Assembly (NCBI GenBank): GCA_013239625.1
Contig: MU053588.1
Location: 1,265,988 to 1,329,987, forward strand
Reading direction: 5' to 3'
DNA length: 64,000 bases
Source of the DNA: Lama guanicoe
Taxonomy: Eukaryota
Shown here: one piece after another, positions 24,030 to 36,437 of the stretch
Layout of the letters: each line of letters opens with the position of its first letter
Numbering within the stretch: position 1 is the stretch's first letter
Notes under the pieces: generated by a model
The model's database searches: none
Told to the model about the DNA's origin: nothing
What the model saw: only the letters and a program-made list of their open reading frames with translations
Position numbers and translations under genes: made by a program

Positions 24030-24965
24030 GCTGCAGTGGTGAAATAAAATTCACATTGTATGTCAAGACAAGAAAAATTTAAGCATAAAAAAATTTCTCT
24101 CCTCTTTGGCCTCCCCTCTCCCCAGACCATGCATTGTGTATCTGCATTATACATTGACCAAGTAACCTCCATCAGCGGAAATACCTACTCAGCCACAAAG
24201 AGGAACATTCTTCTAGCACCAATAAGACAACTGCTTAAAGATGACATTCCTTTTTTTTTAACCAATGGATTTTATTTATTTTATTTTATTTAAAAATTTT
24301 TAACACATTTATTATGGTATGATTCCTGTACAGTAAGCTACACATATTTCAGATGAACAATTTGATGAATTTTGATAGATGTATTTATACCAGTGAAACC
24401 ACCACCACAGGATAGCTAATGATTCCATCATCCCCCGAGAGGTGCAATTTTTAAATTCCCAATTTATCCCTTCCCACATGCTTTGGCCCCTGGTAACCAT
24501 AAGTTTGTTCTCTATGTCTATGAGTCTGTTTCTATTTTGTAGATAAGTTCATTTGTGTCTTTTTTTTTCAGATTCCACATCTAAGTGATATCATATGGTA
24601 TTTTTCTTTCTCTTTCTGACTTACTTCACTTAGAATGACAATCTCCAGATCCATCCATGTTGCTGCAAATGGCATTATTTTATTATTTTTATGGCTAAGT
24701 AGTATTCCATTGTATAAATATACCACAGCTTCTTTATCGAGATGACATTCCTTTTTGATCTTGTAAGGGGCCATGCACGATGATGCTTGCATCTGGATTG
24801 TGTAGACTGTCAATAACGTCATTATTAACAGCCCTCTGTCTCAAAAAAACTTATATAACTGTGCCAGCTTTCTGAGATGCTGGTCCCAGGTTATAATCCT
24901 CAATTTGACTCGAATAAAATTTTCCGTTTCTTTCTTAGACCACTTGATTAATTTTTCATGGAAGC
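24030..24965 (+). mobile_element. Probable ERV LTR split by an L1 insertion, itself lying within MLT1 remnants
   Basis: TATA-like TATATAA at ~24852 and AATAAA at ~24913. The two halves rejoin across a 17-bp TSD. Family not identified. Confidence 0.5.
24256..24739 (-). mobile_element. 5'-truncated L1 insertion with 17-bp TSD AGATGACATTCCTTTTT
   Basis: TSD at 24239-24255 and 24740-24756. ORF2 C-terminal IMPFAATWMDLEIVILSEVSQKEKEKYHMISL on the minus strand. Confidence 0.85.
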
Positions 24966-27900
24966 ATTCTATTGGTTATCAATGTGTCAGAAGCCCACCC
25001 TGATTCAAACAAAGGTGCCATAGGATACCACCCCCACCCCTGCCAACCATAGGAAAAGGGGCAAAGTCGCATCATAGAAGAGCCGTGGGACAGGAGATAC
25101 TAGTGTGGGCATCTTTGGAAATTACAATTGGCCACATTTGTTAAAACCTTCTGGATGAAGCCCAGAGTCTTCAAGTCTATCTCTAGCCCACATCCCTTGG
25201 ATTCAGATGACACCTTCTCATGTTGGGTATGTCTGCTACATCCATTCAGATGACTTCTTTGCCTGACCAATATACCAACTTGATCAAGTGTTTTGTCTAG
25301 CTGAATTTCTTTCCTATTACCTGGCAGGACCACGATACCTGTGGATATTCAAATCATAGCTGATTAGGGTCTGCACATCTCTTGTCCTTCCTGGCTTTGT
25401 GGTCAGACTTGTGCCACACACTTTGTTCTAATTGGGAACATTTTTCCTCAGTTAATTGTTCCTATCTGTACATTTTTTTTTCTTATGAAGAATATCCAAC
25501 ATGTACAAAAGTAGACAGAACCTAGAAAAGTGAATCCCTCTGCACTTCTTACCCATCACAACACCTGGCAAAATCTGACCCAATCTGCATACCCACCCAT
25601 CTTCAACCTATGAAAGGTAATATTCTTTTTTTTTTAATTCACTATTTCTTATTTGTTTGGGGGTTTTTTTTGAGGGGAGCCAGGTCTATAAGAGTTCCTT
25701 TAGTAGGGAAAGATACGGTCTGTAGGAACCAAAATCTGCGTGCAGGTGTGCTCACTGCAATTCAGGTGTCTCTGCTCCCAGGCCCTCTGGGGGACAGGGT
25801 AGGGGATATAATAAGACAGATGTATGTCTACACATGGTAGGGGAGGGAAATTTTTACCTCTGCCCTCCTAGGATTTTTCATCAGGACCTGAGGAGTAAAT
25901 TGACATATCAAACAAACAGATTAACAGCAGAAATGCATACATACTTATATGTCTTCCGGGGTCCTGGCACCATATAAGGAAATAAACTCAAAGAAATGGC
26001 TAAACCTACAAGCTAAGAACAATATAGGCAGTTGTGGAAAAGTAAACTAATACATGGGCGGCTAAAGGAAGATAAGAATGATTTTAACAGGGCCTGTTTT
26101 TATAGAACGCTCTAGGTCTCAACTTGCTGATAAAAATGTTACATCTCTTTGGTACAAGTAGGACATCTTTCACGTGGCAGTTTATATCTCTTGTTTTCAG
26201 GAGAAAAGAGATTACAATGTCCTTACCCCTGGGCCTGAGGGCCAGTCTCAGCTGAGCACCCTCCTCACCGGCTCCCTCTGACACCCCAGCTGACCCAGCC
26301 CTGGGGGAGCAGAGCCTCCTCTGCCCGCTCAGCCCCTGCCCCACCCCGTGACCTCCCCACCCCCACGGGCAGCACTTAATCACCTGCCTACTGGCTGCAG
26401 GACCCAACTGCTCAGCACAGGAAGGAAAGGCAGGAAGGAAGAAGAGAAAGAGCAAGTCAGTGTGTCCACAGTCCAAGATGGAAACGTACAAGATGACTTA
26501 GGGCCTGGACAGTCTACTAGACAAAACTTCACACATGCCCAAATCCCACCTTCAGGTGACAATATTTAAGGGAGCTTAATGAACTCCGTTGGGAACCAAC
26601 TATGACAGAAAATGCTCCCCTTAACAAGTGACTGGATTGGTACAATTTACTGTATTTATAACTAGAACTGAGGGTTTTCCATGGACTTCAAAACTTAAGA
26701 AAAAGTCAGATTTTCAGACGTGTCATTTTCCTCATTTGTAACTTAATTTGCAAAACCAAAGCAGCCCCTGAATTGTCTCACTGCATATGAAAACCAGCCC
26801 AAGGTCACCACGAAGCTGACACTGACAGAGCCTGCGATTTTCCACTCCCACACCCACCGCGGGGGAGCTCAGTACTTCTCGCCCTCACTGCTTCTGAACG
26901 AGGGGGAAGGGCAGCAAACGTAGCCCGCTGCCCACCCCTCTCCCTTGTTTGCATGGCAAATGAACGTGGTGGCTCTTAAACGCTGAGGAGTGACCGCGTG
27001 TCCTGGGGCAGGTGGAGGGGGGCTGGCTGTTTCAGGGGCCTGGGAGGAACTTGATGGGGGTGGTGGTTGCCCTGGCCTGTCTATTGTCAAGACTTGGAGA
27101 AGTATTCTGTTAAAATCTGGACGAGTCACGAATAGGACAGACAGCTGGAGAAAGCCAAAACATAGTGGGAAACAAGTACAAACACCACTTACTTGGAAAT
27201 GAAAAAAAAAAAAAAAGGTCCTGAAGACATTACTCAAGAACTGATAGAAGATAATCAACTCAACCGAATAAGAATCCATCCAGGATGCTCACACCGGAGT
27301 TATGAGAAATGAACCCGCAATCAAACTGATAACAGATTGATGCAATCATTTCACCAGACCCGAAAGTCAAGTCTGGACTTGCAGGTTGGCAGCATGTGAA
27401 GAACTATCCGGGCACAATGAGGAGATCAGGGAAGAGATGGGCTCCCGGGCGCAGCAGGGACACGCGGAATGAGGCTGGCGAAGGCACCCTTCCTGATCAG
27501 AGTACCAGAGCCCCCTGCTCCGGGAAACTCTCCACCCGAGTTGTTGGAGTTAGGACCTCAAACCCCGCTGTCCCCTCTACTTAAAATCCCCAGGAGGTGC
27601 CCTTGGCACACAGAGGGGGCTCCAGCCCGGGCCCTGGTCCCTTCCTTGCTGGGAGGCCTTGGCTGAGAGACTGGCCCTCTCTCAGCCTGTTTTCTCCTCT
27701 GCAAAATGGGGGCGCCCGCGGCCCCCACCCAAATGCAGCTGCCCAGCCTCCCTCTCTGAGGCGCTTCCTCCCCCAACTGCACCAACTGTGCGGCGAGGGG
27801 GCTGGAGGGAGTCTGGGAAGCCTGAGAGGCTGTGGGAGGTGGATCAGGTCTGAGTCTGGTTGTCTCCACCCAAAGTTTCCATTCCTGGCTCTGCCCCCGG

Positions 27901-29082
27901 CCTCTTCTCCCTCTGCGGGTGCGGCCCCAATGGGGTGGGGAGGAGGAGAGGGAGAGGTGGGCTGTAGGCTGGGTCTCTGCCCAGCTCCCCCACCTCCCCT
28001 GTTCCCTGCCTTCCAGAACCCCCTGTCAGCGTTCCCCGTCGGGCCCCACCCTTCACACCTGGATGCCTCTTCTGGAGTCTTGGGCTATGGGGACTGCAAA
28101 TGGGCCTGGCGGGGGTCCCACTTTTCCCTCTTCCTTGGTCTGGGTGGTGTTGGGTCCTAGGACACCCCTCCACTCTACCCCCTTGTCCTGAACACCAGGT
28201 GGGACAGAGGAAGGAGGTTCTGGGAGGTGGAAGGAGAGACGGAGACATAAAGGAGAGAAACAGGCAGGAACTCATGGGACAGAGAGTCAGAGATGGAGGA
28301 GACAGAGAGACAGACTAGGGCATTTACAGAAACAGAAAAAAGCAGACAGGAACTTCCAGAGATGAAGAAGCCAGAGCCACGGTCCCCATGGTATCGCACA
28401 GATGTGTTTTGGGGGCAAATTGCTTCTCCTTTCTGAGCCTCAGTTTCCTACCTGTCCAAATAAGGGTGATCGATGCCTCTCCCTCAATGGCTGTATGAGA
28501 TCACTGCTCTCTTGCACACGCCGGGCAGGCCAGAGGCTGGTAAAAGGCAGCTATTGTCATTTTGGATTCCCTCCTTCACCCATATTTACTGAGCACTTGC
28601 TGTGGGCCGGGCACTGCACCAGGCACCAGGCACACAGCCTTGACCATCAGCAAACTAGCCTGCCCCTCTGCGCTCCCTTTTCTATTATTACCACTGTTGC
28701 CATGGTTATTATATTTCAGAAGCATAAACTGGAATTTTGGTGGAGACACATCCTTAGCCCTGGGCAGCAGGTCCTAACCTGGGAGAGAGAGGGGTCCCGA
28801 GTTCCAGCCCACAGCTTAGCCTCGCGGGACTCAAGTTTTCCATGATGAGATGGGCCTGAGAGTCTTCTCGCCACCGGGCAGCAGGAAGGAAGGGCTGGTA
28901 GGATGGGGGCTCCATGAGCCTCCTACGTTGTTGACATTTTTATTATTATGAACTGTTCCTACCATTATTAGCTCAAAAGAGGAGGGCAGCACACCTGGGA
29001 ATCCTCAGGGACTGCCGGAGTGTCAGAGGCCTTAGACAGAGGGTGCGGGGGGCCAGCATGGCCCCAGGGCCAGGGTCGGTGC

Positions 29083-29156
29083 CAGGTGTGGGCGGTGGGT
29101 GTGGAAAGGGGTGAGGGTGAGTCAACAGGGCCAGCCGCGCCCTGCTTTTGCTTAAG
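29083..29156 (+). promoter_or_regulatory. Candidate LGALS7 proximal promoter: E-box CAGGTG (29083), KLF/CACCC GGGTGTGG (29097), AP-1 TGAGTCA (29118) and a weak TATA-like CTTAAG (29151); mirrored at 16317-16390
   Basis: Exact motif matches 60-130 nt upstream of the ATG. Function not demonstrated. Confidence 0.5.
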
Positions 29157-29212
29157 GCCCCAGCAGCCATCCCTGGCAGCGCCGCCACCCGGCCCGTCCC
29201 GCTGTCCCAGCC

Positions 29213-31508
29213 ATGGCAGGGAGCTTCGTGAGTGCTTCAGGGGCCCTGGATGTTTGTGGGGGGTGGACCCAAGGCTGCCCAGACCCGGGGAGGGGGGACC
29301 AGGCTGTTTCAGCGGAGAAAGTGGGTGCTAGGCTGTGCTATGGAGTTCTGGGCTGTGGTTTCTGGGTTGACCCAACCCGTCCCCATGCTCCCATCTCCCC
29401 CTTGGCTGGTTTCCTTTTGCCTTCTAGCTCTTAGGACATTTTTCTGTTGACTTTGTGTTCCTCTCTCCAACTCTTTCCCTTCCTTGGCTCTCATTCCTTT
29501 GTCTCTGTGCCCTTTCTTCTCTCGGATTCTGCTGGTCTGGGTCCCGGTCACTCTCCCCCTGGAGCTGACCCATCTGGGTCTCTCCTCCGCCTCCCTGATT
29601 CACCTTGGCCCCCACACCCCTGTTGCTGCAGAACGTGCCCCACAAGACCTCTCTGCCCGAGGGCATCCGAGTCGGTACCGTGTTGAGAATTCGTGGCGTT
29701 GTCCCGGACAAGGCTGGCAGGTGAGAGCCCCGGGCTCGGTGTGGGAGGGTGGGGGGAGGTCTCCAGGCTCAGCTGATCCCACTTCTTCCAGCCCAGAACA
29801 CAGGGCCCCAGGCTAACTTTGCCCACGTGGGTCTTGGAATCCCTGAGTTACTTCTGACCTGGAATTTGATGTCCTCACTTACCTGTCCCACGACTGTGTG
29901 CCTGGAGTCGACGTTATTCTAAGAAATTGCAGGTCCCAGAGGAACCCACGGTTCCTACCTAGAGTCCTGTGAGTTTCAGTCTGAGTTCTCAGGAATTCTG
30001 GAATTGTCCTGTGAATTGGAGGTGCCCTGAGATCCCTGGCCTCTTGCACATGCTGGGCAGGCCAGAGGCTGGGTAAATGGCAGCCTAGCCAATCAATCAT
30101 ATGACTTCCTGGGTCGGGATCTTCAGGATTTCTGGGAGTCTAGGCTGCCTGGGCATACTGGGGTCCCTGGTATGCGTCCTAGCCCTCTGGGAACTGAGGA
30201 TGCCTTGGGAATCGGGAGCACCCTGGTCTTCAGGAGCTTGATTCCTTGGCAACTCCAGACTCTGGAAATGAGGGGGACCCAGGCCACAGCTTAGTCACCC
30301 TCGCCTAGCAGATGTGTGTGCAGGCCCCTAATCGGTTTTTGGATGGCCTGGAATCTGGGCTCCCTGGCTTCCAGTCTACAACCCGTCCTTCACTGGTGTG
30401 TGTGACAGTCCAGGTCCCTGTAAATTTGTTCGTGCTCTGGAAAAAGGTTAAGTCCTGGTGTGCTGGTCCAGAACCTCTTTCCAAGGCGTCCTCTTCCCCC
30501 ATCACCTACCAGGTTCTATGTAAACCTGCTGTGCAGTGAGGAGCCGGGCGGTGAGGCCGCCCTGCATTTCAATCCTCGGCTGGATGAGTCCACCGTGGTC
30601 TTCAACACCCTGGAGCGCGGCGCCTGGGGCCAAGAGGAGCGGGGCTCGGGCATTCCCTTCCAGCGTGGGCAGCCCTTCGACGTGCTCCTCATCGCCACCG
30701 AAGAGGGCTTCAAGGTGCGTCTCTGCCACAGGGGTGGGTGCCAGCACCCAGGTCTCTTCCCTTGGGAAGGCCAGGAAGGCCCTTGGGGGGACGAGGAGAG
30801 CAAAGGCGCGGCCCAGGCTGGGCAGGGCGTCCCCAGGCCCTCACCTCCCCTGGTGCAAGCGCACTAGTGCCTGAGGGCAGGTGTGTGGCCGTGGCAAGGC
30901 GAGAGAGCAAGAGCCAAGTGACCAAAGGGTAGGTGTCAGGGGAGGGCGTCAGGGAGGAGGGGAGTGAGACGTGGCCCAGACTTTCATCCCCGACCCTATT
31001 GCCTGTCTGCTTGAGTCTGTGGTGGAGGCTCAGGGGCAGGAGCATGGATGGGTTGGGAGACAGGACCCAGAAACAAGGTTCAGCAGGGAATGGTCGCTGC
31101 AGACCCTTCATCACACAGGCTATTCTTCACTTTCAATCTGCGCATCAGGAGTCAGGTGGTGAATGCAGGGATCGTGGTCACAACATCCACCTCCAATGCT
31201 TAAAAAGCACTCACGTGTCAACAATGAGCTCATTTAATCCTCACGGCAAGGGGTTAGGATGAACAGTATTTGCCCAATGGGGCCTGGGGACCGAAGGGGT
31301 CCGTGGGTGCCCAGGTCACGCAGCGTGAGTCCAAGTTGGGAATAACCTGGCAGTGGCCTCGGGACCCATAAGCCATGTCCCCTCTCCTGTGCAGGCTGTG
31401 GTCGGGGACTCGGAATACCACCACTTCCGCTACCGCATCCCGCCGGCGCGCGTGCGCGCGTTGGAGGTGGGCGGGGACCTGCAGCTGGAGCTGGTGAAGA
31501 TCTTCTGA
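29213..31508 (+). CDS. LGALS7B: Galectin-7, second copy (139 aa, same protein as the minus copy): join(29213..29227, 29632..29720, 30513..30714, 31395..31508)
   Basis: Same spliced translation and GT-AG exon structure as the minus copy. Named B by position and orientation relative to the human locus. Confidence 0.94.
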
Positions 31509-31558
31509 GCCCTTCCAGGAGCGCGGGTGGGGGTGGGGCGCAGAGGTCTTGGGTGGCA

Positions 31559-31564
31559 AATAAA
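31559..31564 (+). terminator. Polyadenylation signal AATAAA of the plus-strand LGALS7
   Basis: AATAAA 50 nt after the TGA. Confidence 0.8.
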
Positions 31565-31749
31565 GTCTTAGCCGCTTATCTGTGCGCCTCGTGTGTGTCT
31601 GTGGCTCCTTCATATGGATGAGGAAAGTAGGTTCAAAGCAGTTAAGACACTGACTAAGAGTCACACAGCGATTCCGCAGCGGGGCGGGATCCGGGCGTGG
31701 ATCTCTCTGGGCCATTTCTGTCTCGGGAGGCCACAGGAGGGTCGCGGTC

Positions 31750-32580
31750 TGGTAGGGGTGGGGCTTTGGCTCGCCTTCCTGCAGCATTCGGCAAAGCAGC
31801 TAGGTTGAAACGGGGTGCGGTGACCTGAGGCAGTTTGGAGGGGCCCAAGTCCTCCCTTGGCGCCCCCTCCGCAAGTGTAAAGGGCCTTCCAATCGATCCA
31901 AACAGGTCCCTTGGAGACCCCAGCCTCGCGGAGATGGTATTTGAATCTCAGGCACCCTGCGCCACCTCTGCCCTCTTGTCGCCTCTCTCCTGCTCCCGGG
32001 GCGTCCGACATCTGCCCAGTGCTCGCGCGGGGAGGGCCTGGGAAGCCGATCCGAGAGTCGTCTGCCTCCCATCAATCTCCAAGTCGGGACAGGTCTCGCC
32101 AGTTCGCGCCTAGGGGCAGACGCGTACTGCAGTGGCAGTCGCCCGGCAGAGGGGACGCGAAGGGCAGAGCTCCTGGGTCCCCGCTCTGTTAAGAGTGTGG
32201 TTCGGCCTTACTTCCTCCTGGGTTTACTCAATGGCCCAGAGACCCCGGCCCTACGGGAAGGGCCCCAGGGGGAAGGGGGGGCGAGGATACAAGCAGACAC
32301 CCAGTCACCCCTGACCGTCAGGGGGGATTTTCTGGTACAGAGGGGTCGCTGGGTCGCTCTTGAAAGTGGGTGTATAGGGGGCGCGGGAGCACGCGGGCGC
32401 CCTCTCCTGGCCACCCTCAGCAAGGACCCCTGCAGCAGCCGTGGTTCTCGGCTGTAGATGGAGCCAGGCGGGTGGCTACATGCCAGCGGCGCATATTGAT
32501 TTGGGTCCCAGGTATCGAAAAGTCCGGAGCCGCACACCTGGACGGATGTACCGCACGGTTCCACCCCAAACCTCGGGCAA
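31750..32580. repeat. Diverged outer part of the right inverted-repeat arm (CpG-rich)
   Basis: Patchy homology to the reverse complement of ~12840-13700. Confidence 0.8.
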
Positions 32581-32919
32581 ACACCCTTCTTTCCTTGGGC
32601 CGCTGCAGTCGTTGCGGTTTAGAAACAGAGGCTCAGCAAGCTAGTGCTGGACCTGAAACAGCGGGTTAGGAAGATCACGCCTTGCCCCAAGGCTTGAGCT
32701 TTTCCTACCCGCTTTGCTGCCCCGTGAGACTCTTTAGCTGAAGCCAACCCACCCCACGCCTAACTCTTAACAGTTTCTCTCTGGCTGGGCATTTGAATTA
32801 AGAGTTCCCCGTCCTAGGGAAGGACCTCTGAATTCTTCTGGTCCCCCAGAGCTCATTGTTTTTAATTTTATTTGCTTGTTCAAGTGTGTGTGTATATATA
32901 CATACATTATATATCTTAT

Positions 32920-33037
32920 GAGGGGGAAGTAGTTAGGTTTATTCATTTATCTATCTTTGGTGGAGATACTGGGGATTGAACTGGGACCTCCTGCATGCTA
33001 AGCATATGCTCTACCACTTGAGATAGACCCTTCCCCC
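32920..33037 (-). mobile_element. tRNA-derived SINE (Vic-1-like)
   Basis: ACTGGGGATTGAACTGGGACCTCCTGCATGCTAAGCATATGCTCTACCACTTGAG. Confidence 0.8.
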
Positions 33038-33683
33038 TATTTTTTTTTTAATTTAAAGATATACCTACAGTACAAATTTCACAGTTTGCAGTGGAAAGTA
33101 TATTTATTGGCTATTGACAGAACTGGTAAACGTGGTTGGGGTCCTCAGATTAGATGGCAGTTATCTATCCCTGTAAATTTCCTGATTTTCACTGTTGCCT
33201 TACAGCAGATCTGCAAGAGAGCGTTTTGTTTGTAGAAAATACACAATAAAGCATTTGAAGGTGATCAGGACGCATGTTGGCAACTTATTCTCAAGTGAGG
33301 GCGGGGGGAAAATGTACTGTTCTTACAACTTTCTGTGTTCATCATTTCAAAATTTAAAAATTTAGAAGTATATAAAAATATATATGAAAGTCCTCCATTA
33401 TGAGAGTAAACAGCTGTTAACCATGTCTTGATTTCTTGTGTATCTTTCCAAAACTCTATGCACTTCTAAACACATGCATAGGCAGTTTTTTCCCTCTTTG
33501 CATTGAAATGAGCATCCTTCATCTACTCACCTTGTTTTCGTCACTTAGCAATATACATATGTGTTCAACTTCACTCACTTTGCTGGCTGTCCAGGACTCT
33601 CTTGCAAGGGGGAACACAGTGACAGTCACGAGCCCTCCTGGATGTGTACTGCTGTCACATCATCCACTACAGCCAAACAACGC

Positions 33684-34359
33684 TGCTGCGTCCAGTGCAG
33701 CTCATGACCGTGTCTGAGGACAGGCGACGCAAGACTTAAGAAACAAAGAGCGAAGATGGGACCAGGGGACTCAAGATCTCATGGATCCAGAGTGCCAAAA
33801 GCCTGGTCAACATCATATTTATTAGGAGTATACACCTCAGAAAAAAATGCGATCAAAGAGGTGAGGCTTTAGATAATCCATGTGATAAGCACTAAATTCT
33901 GCTTGCTGGTTAACTGATTAATTCCAGGCCTATCCCTTCCAGGAACAATCACCCTCCTCGGGGTATGCAAAATTTCTAAATTTATCCTGTTATTGCCTCT
34001 GGGACATCTCAAGATAGCAAGTATTTCCCCTGGGCTTAACCGTGTGCTTCCAGGCCAGAACAAAGTTCTGTTAATGGATGATCTGCCTTCCAAGACCGTC
34101 CATTGTTTCACCCTAAGGAAATATCTACCCTCCTTCGTGCCCTTATGGTCAGTCTCAGGATTGCTCACCACAAATTTTCTTTAGCATAATACGTGCTGTA
34201 GGTCATCTACTGTGTAAAACATTAAAACAAAGCAAGCATGTGCGTTTTAAGCAAGCAAATGTGAATCTAATATTTTAAGCTCATGGAAATTTAGGTGCGG
34301 CTTGTTTTCCAGCTGTTCATTTTCCAGCAGCTTGTTTTCCAGTGGCTTGTTCCCCAGTA
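33684..34359 (-). mobile_element. ERV solo LTR (probably ERV2/ERVK class) with 6-bp TSD CAACGC
   Basis: Termini TGCTG...CAGTA flanked by CAACGC at 33678-33683 and 34360-34365. Minus-strand AATAAA at 33818-33823. Confidence 0.7.
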
Positions 34360-35244
34360 CAACGCCTTAGTATGTGTCCTTGAACCTGGGTCAGCCAGTA
34401 CTTTTAACCTTTATAATGATCTCCATTCTGATTATAAAATGTATGCATGCTTATTCCCAAATTTTGAATAACAAATTTAAAACCACCCACAATTTCATGA
34501 TCCAGATATAATCACTATAAGCATATTAATGTTTTTCCGTCTAGACTTTTTTCTATAATAGTTTATATGCACTATACTTTTTTCTTTTTCTTTTTTCCCT
34601 CTGTTTGCAAAGCCTTTATTTGAGTTGAAGTGTTAAAGATTCTTTGCTAACCTGATCTTTGGTGCCAAAAGCTGGGCTACTTAAACTGAGCTGAGGGGCT
34701 TCTGTCCCTCCTAACCCCTGTGCCCTGTACAGTGTCTGGGACACAACAGGCTCCCAACAAAGTGAACAGAACAGACGCACATATGAACAAAAGAGTGACT
34801 GACCACGGCCACATGTGTCACATTAACTCAGTAGATACACTATACATTTTGGGAGGAATTGGAATATAAATATTTGGAAATATACTGGTAATATTTTCCA
34901 AATATTAGAAAACTGAAATATATATCATGTACATTTCCATATAAATAGCTAACATTTCCTGAGTCTCTACTATGTACTTTCAACTTAATTGAGTCTTAGA
35001 TCTAAAGTATATCTTTTGGAGACAGCATATACTTAGATCTTGTTTTCTTAAGCAGTCTGACAATGTATTATTATCTATTGTATTATAACAAATTATCCCA
35101 TAACATCATAAAATACCATATATTCATTATCTTTTACAGTTTCTGAAGTTAGGAATCCAGGAGTGGCTTAACTAGGTGGTTGTGGCTCTGAGTTTTCATG
35201 AAGTTACAGTCAAACCATCAGTGGAGGTGCAGTTATCTCAAAGA

Positions 35245-35576
35245 AGTTTTGGCAAACGATGGCTCTGGCCCAAACCCACCCACTGCCTGTTTTAGTAAGG
35301 CTCACAATCTAAGAATGATTTTTGCATTTTAAAATAGCTGAAAAAAAATGAAAAGAAGAATAATTTCATAACACTGAAAATTATATGGAATTCAAATGTC
35401 AGTGTCCATAAATAAAGTTTTCTTGGGACACAGCCATGCTTTTTCATTTCTGAGTCACCCCATGGCTACTTTTGTGCATTGTCAGTGTCATGCAGTAGTT
35501 GTGGCAGAGACTGGATCACCCATGATGCCTAACATATTTGCTCTGTGGCCATTATAGAAAAAGTTTGCAACCCCTG
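35245..35576. mobile_element. MER58B-like hAT/Charlie DNA transposon
   Basis: TGGCAAAC...CTAAGAATGATTTTT...GTGTCCATAAATAAAGTTTT...GAAAAAGTTTGCAACCCCTG. Confidence 0.75.
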
Positions 35577-35618
35577 TTCTAAAAGCTTGACTGGGATTGG
35601 AGGAGCTTCTTCCAAGTA

Positions 35619-35773
35619 GGGGGAGTGTATACCTCAATGGTTAGAGCACATGCTTAGCATGCACGAGGTCCTGGGTTCAATCCCCAGTACCTCCATTAAA
35701 ATAACTAACTAAATAAATAAACCTAATTACCTCCCCCACCCAAAAAAGACCAAGAAGCAAAAAAAAAAAAAAA
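35619..35773 (+). mobile_element. tRNA-derived SINE (Vic-1-like)
   Basis: ATGCTTAGCATGCACGAGGTCCTGGGTTCAATCCCCAGTACCTCC plus A-rich tail. Confidence 0.85.
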
Positions 35774-35924
35774 AGAAGACTCTCATCCATGGTTGTTGGC
35801 AGGACTTTTCAGTTTCTTGTCACATGGACACTTACATAGGACTGTTAAAAAACTTACTAAGTTGTTATATATATGTTATATATATATATAATATATAATA
35901 TGTTATACACATATACACACACAC

Positions 35925-36437
35925 AATGGAATACTACTCGGCCATAAAAAAGAAAATGCCATTTGCAGCAACATAGATGGACCTGGAGATTGTCATTCTA
36001 AGTGAAGTAAGCAAGAAAGAGAAAGAAGAATACCATATGATATAATTTATATGTGGAATCTAAAAAAAAGACACAAATGAACTTATCTACAAAACAGAAA
36101 CAGACTCACAGATATGGAAAACAAACTCATGGTTACCAGGTAGGGAAAGGAGTAGGGAGAGGAATAAATTGGGAGTTCAAGATTTGCATATACTACTATA
36201 TATGAAATAGCTAAACAACAAGTTTCCAATGTACAGCACAGGGAACTATATTCAGTATCTTGCAGTAACCTATAATGAAAAAGAATATGAAAAGGAATGT
36301 ATGTATGTATATGTATGACTGAAATATTATGCCGTACACCAGAAATTGACACAACATTGTAAACTAACTACACTTCAATAAAAACAAAACAAAACAAAAA
36401 GAACAAAAAAAAAACTGAGAAAAAAAAAGGAAAAAAA
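35925..36437 (+). mobile_element. L1 3' end (lineage-specific) with long A tail, preceded by a (TA/CA)n repeat
   Basis: ATGGAATACTACTCGGCCATAAAAAAG...CACTTCAATAAAAAC plus poly-A. Confidence 0.85.

Larger units (their letters stand above)
26232..31750. repeat. Right arm of the ~5.5-kb inverted segmental duplication containing the second LGALS7
   Basis: Reverse complement of ~13700-19241. Confidence 0.97.

Noticed and set aside
13700..31750. Inverted duplication as an assembly artefact
   Set aside because: The arms carry scattered differences, a 21-bp indel and an old diverged rim, and the arrangement matches the human locus. An artefact is unlikely, though not excluded without reads.
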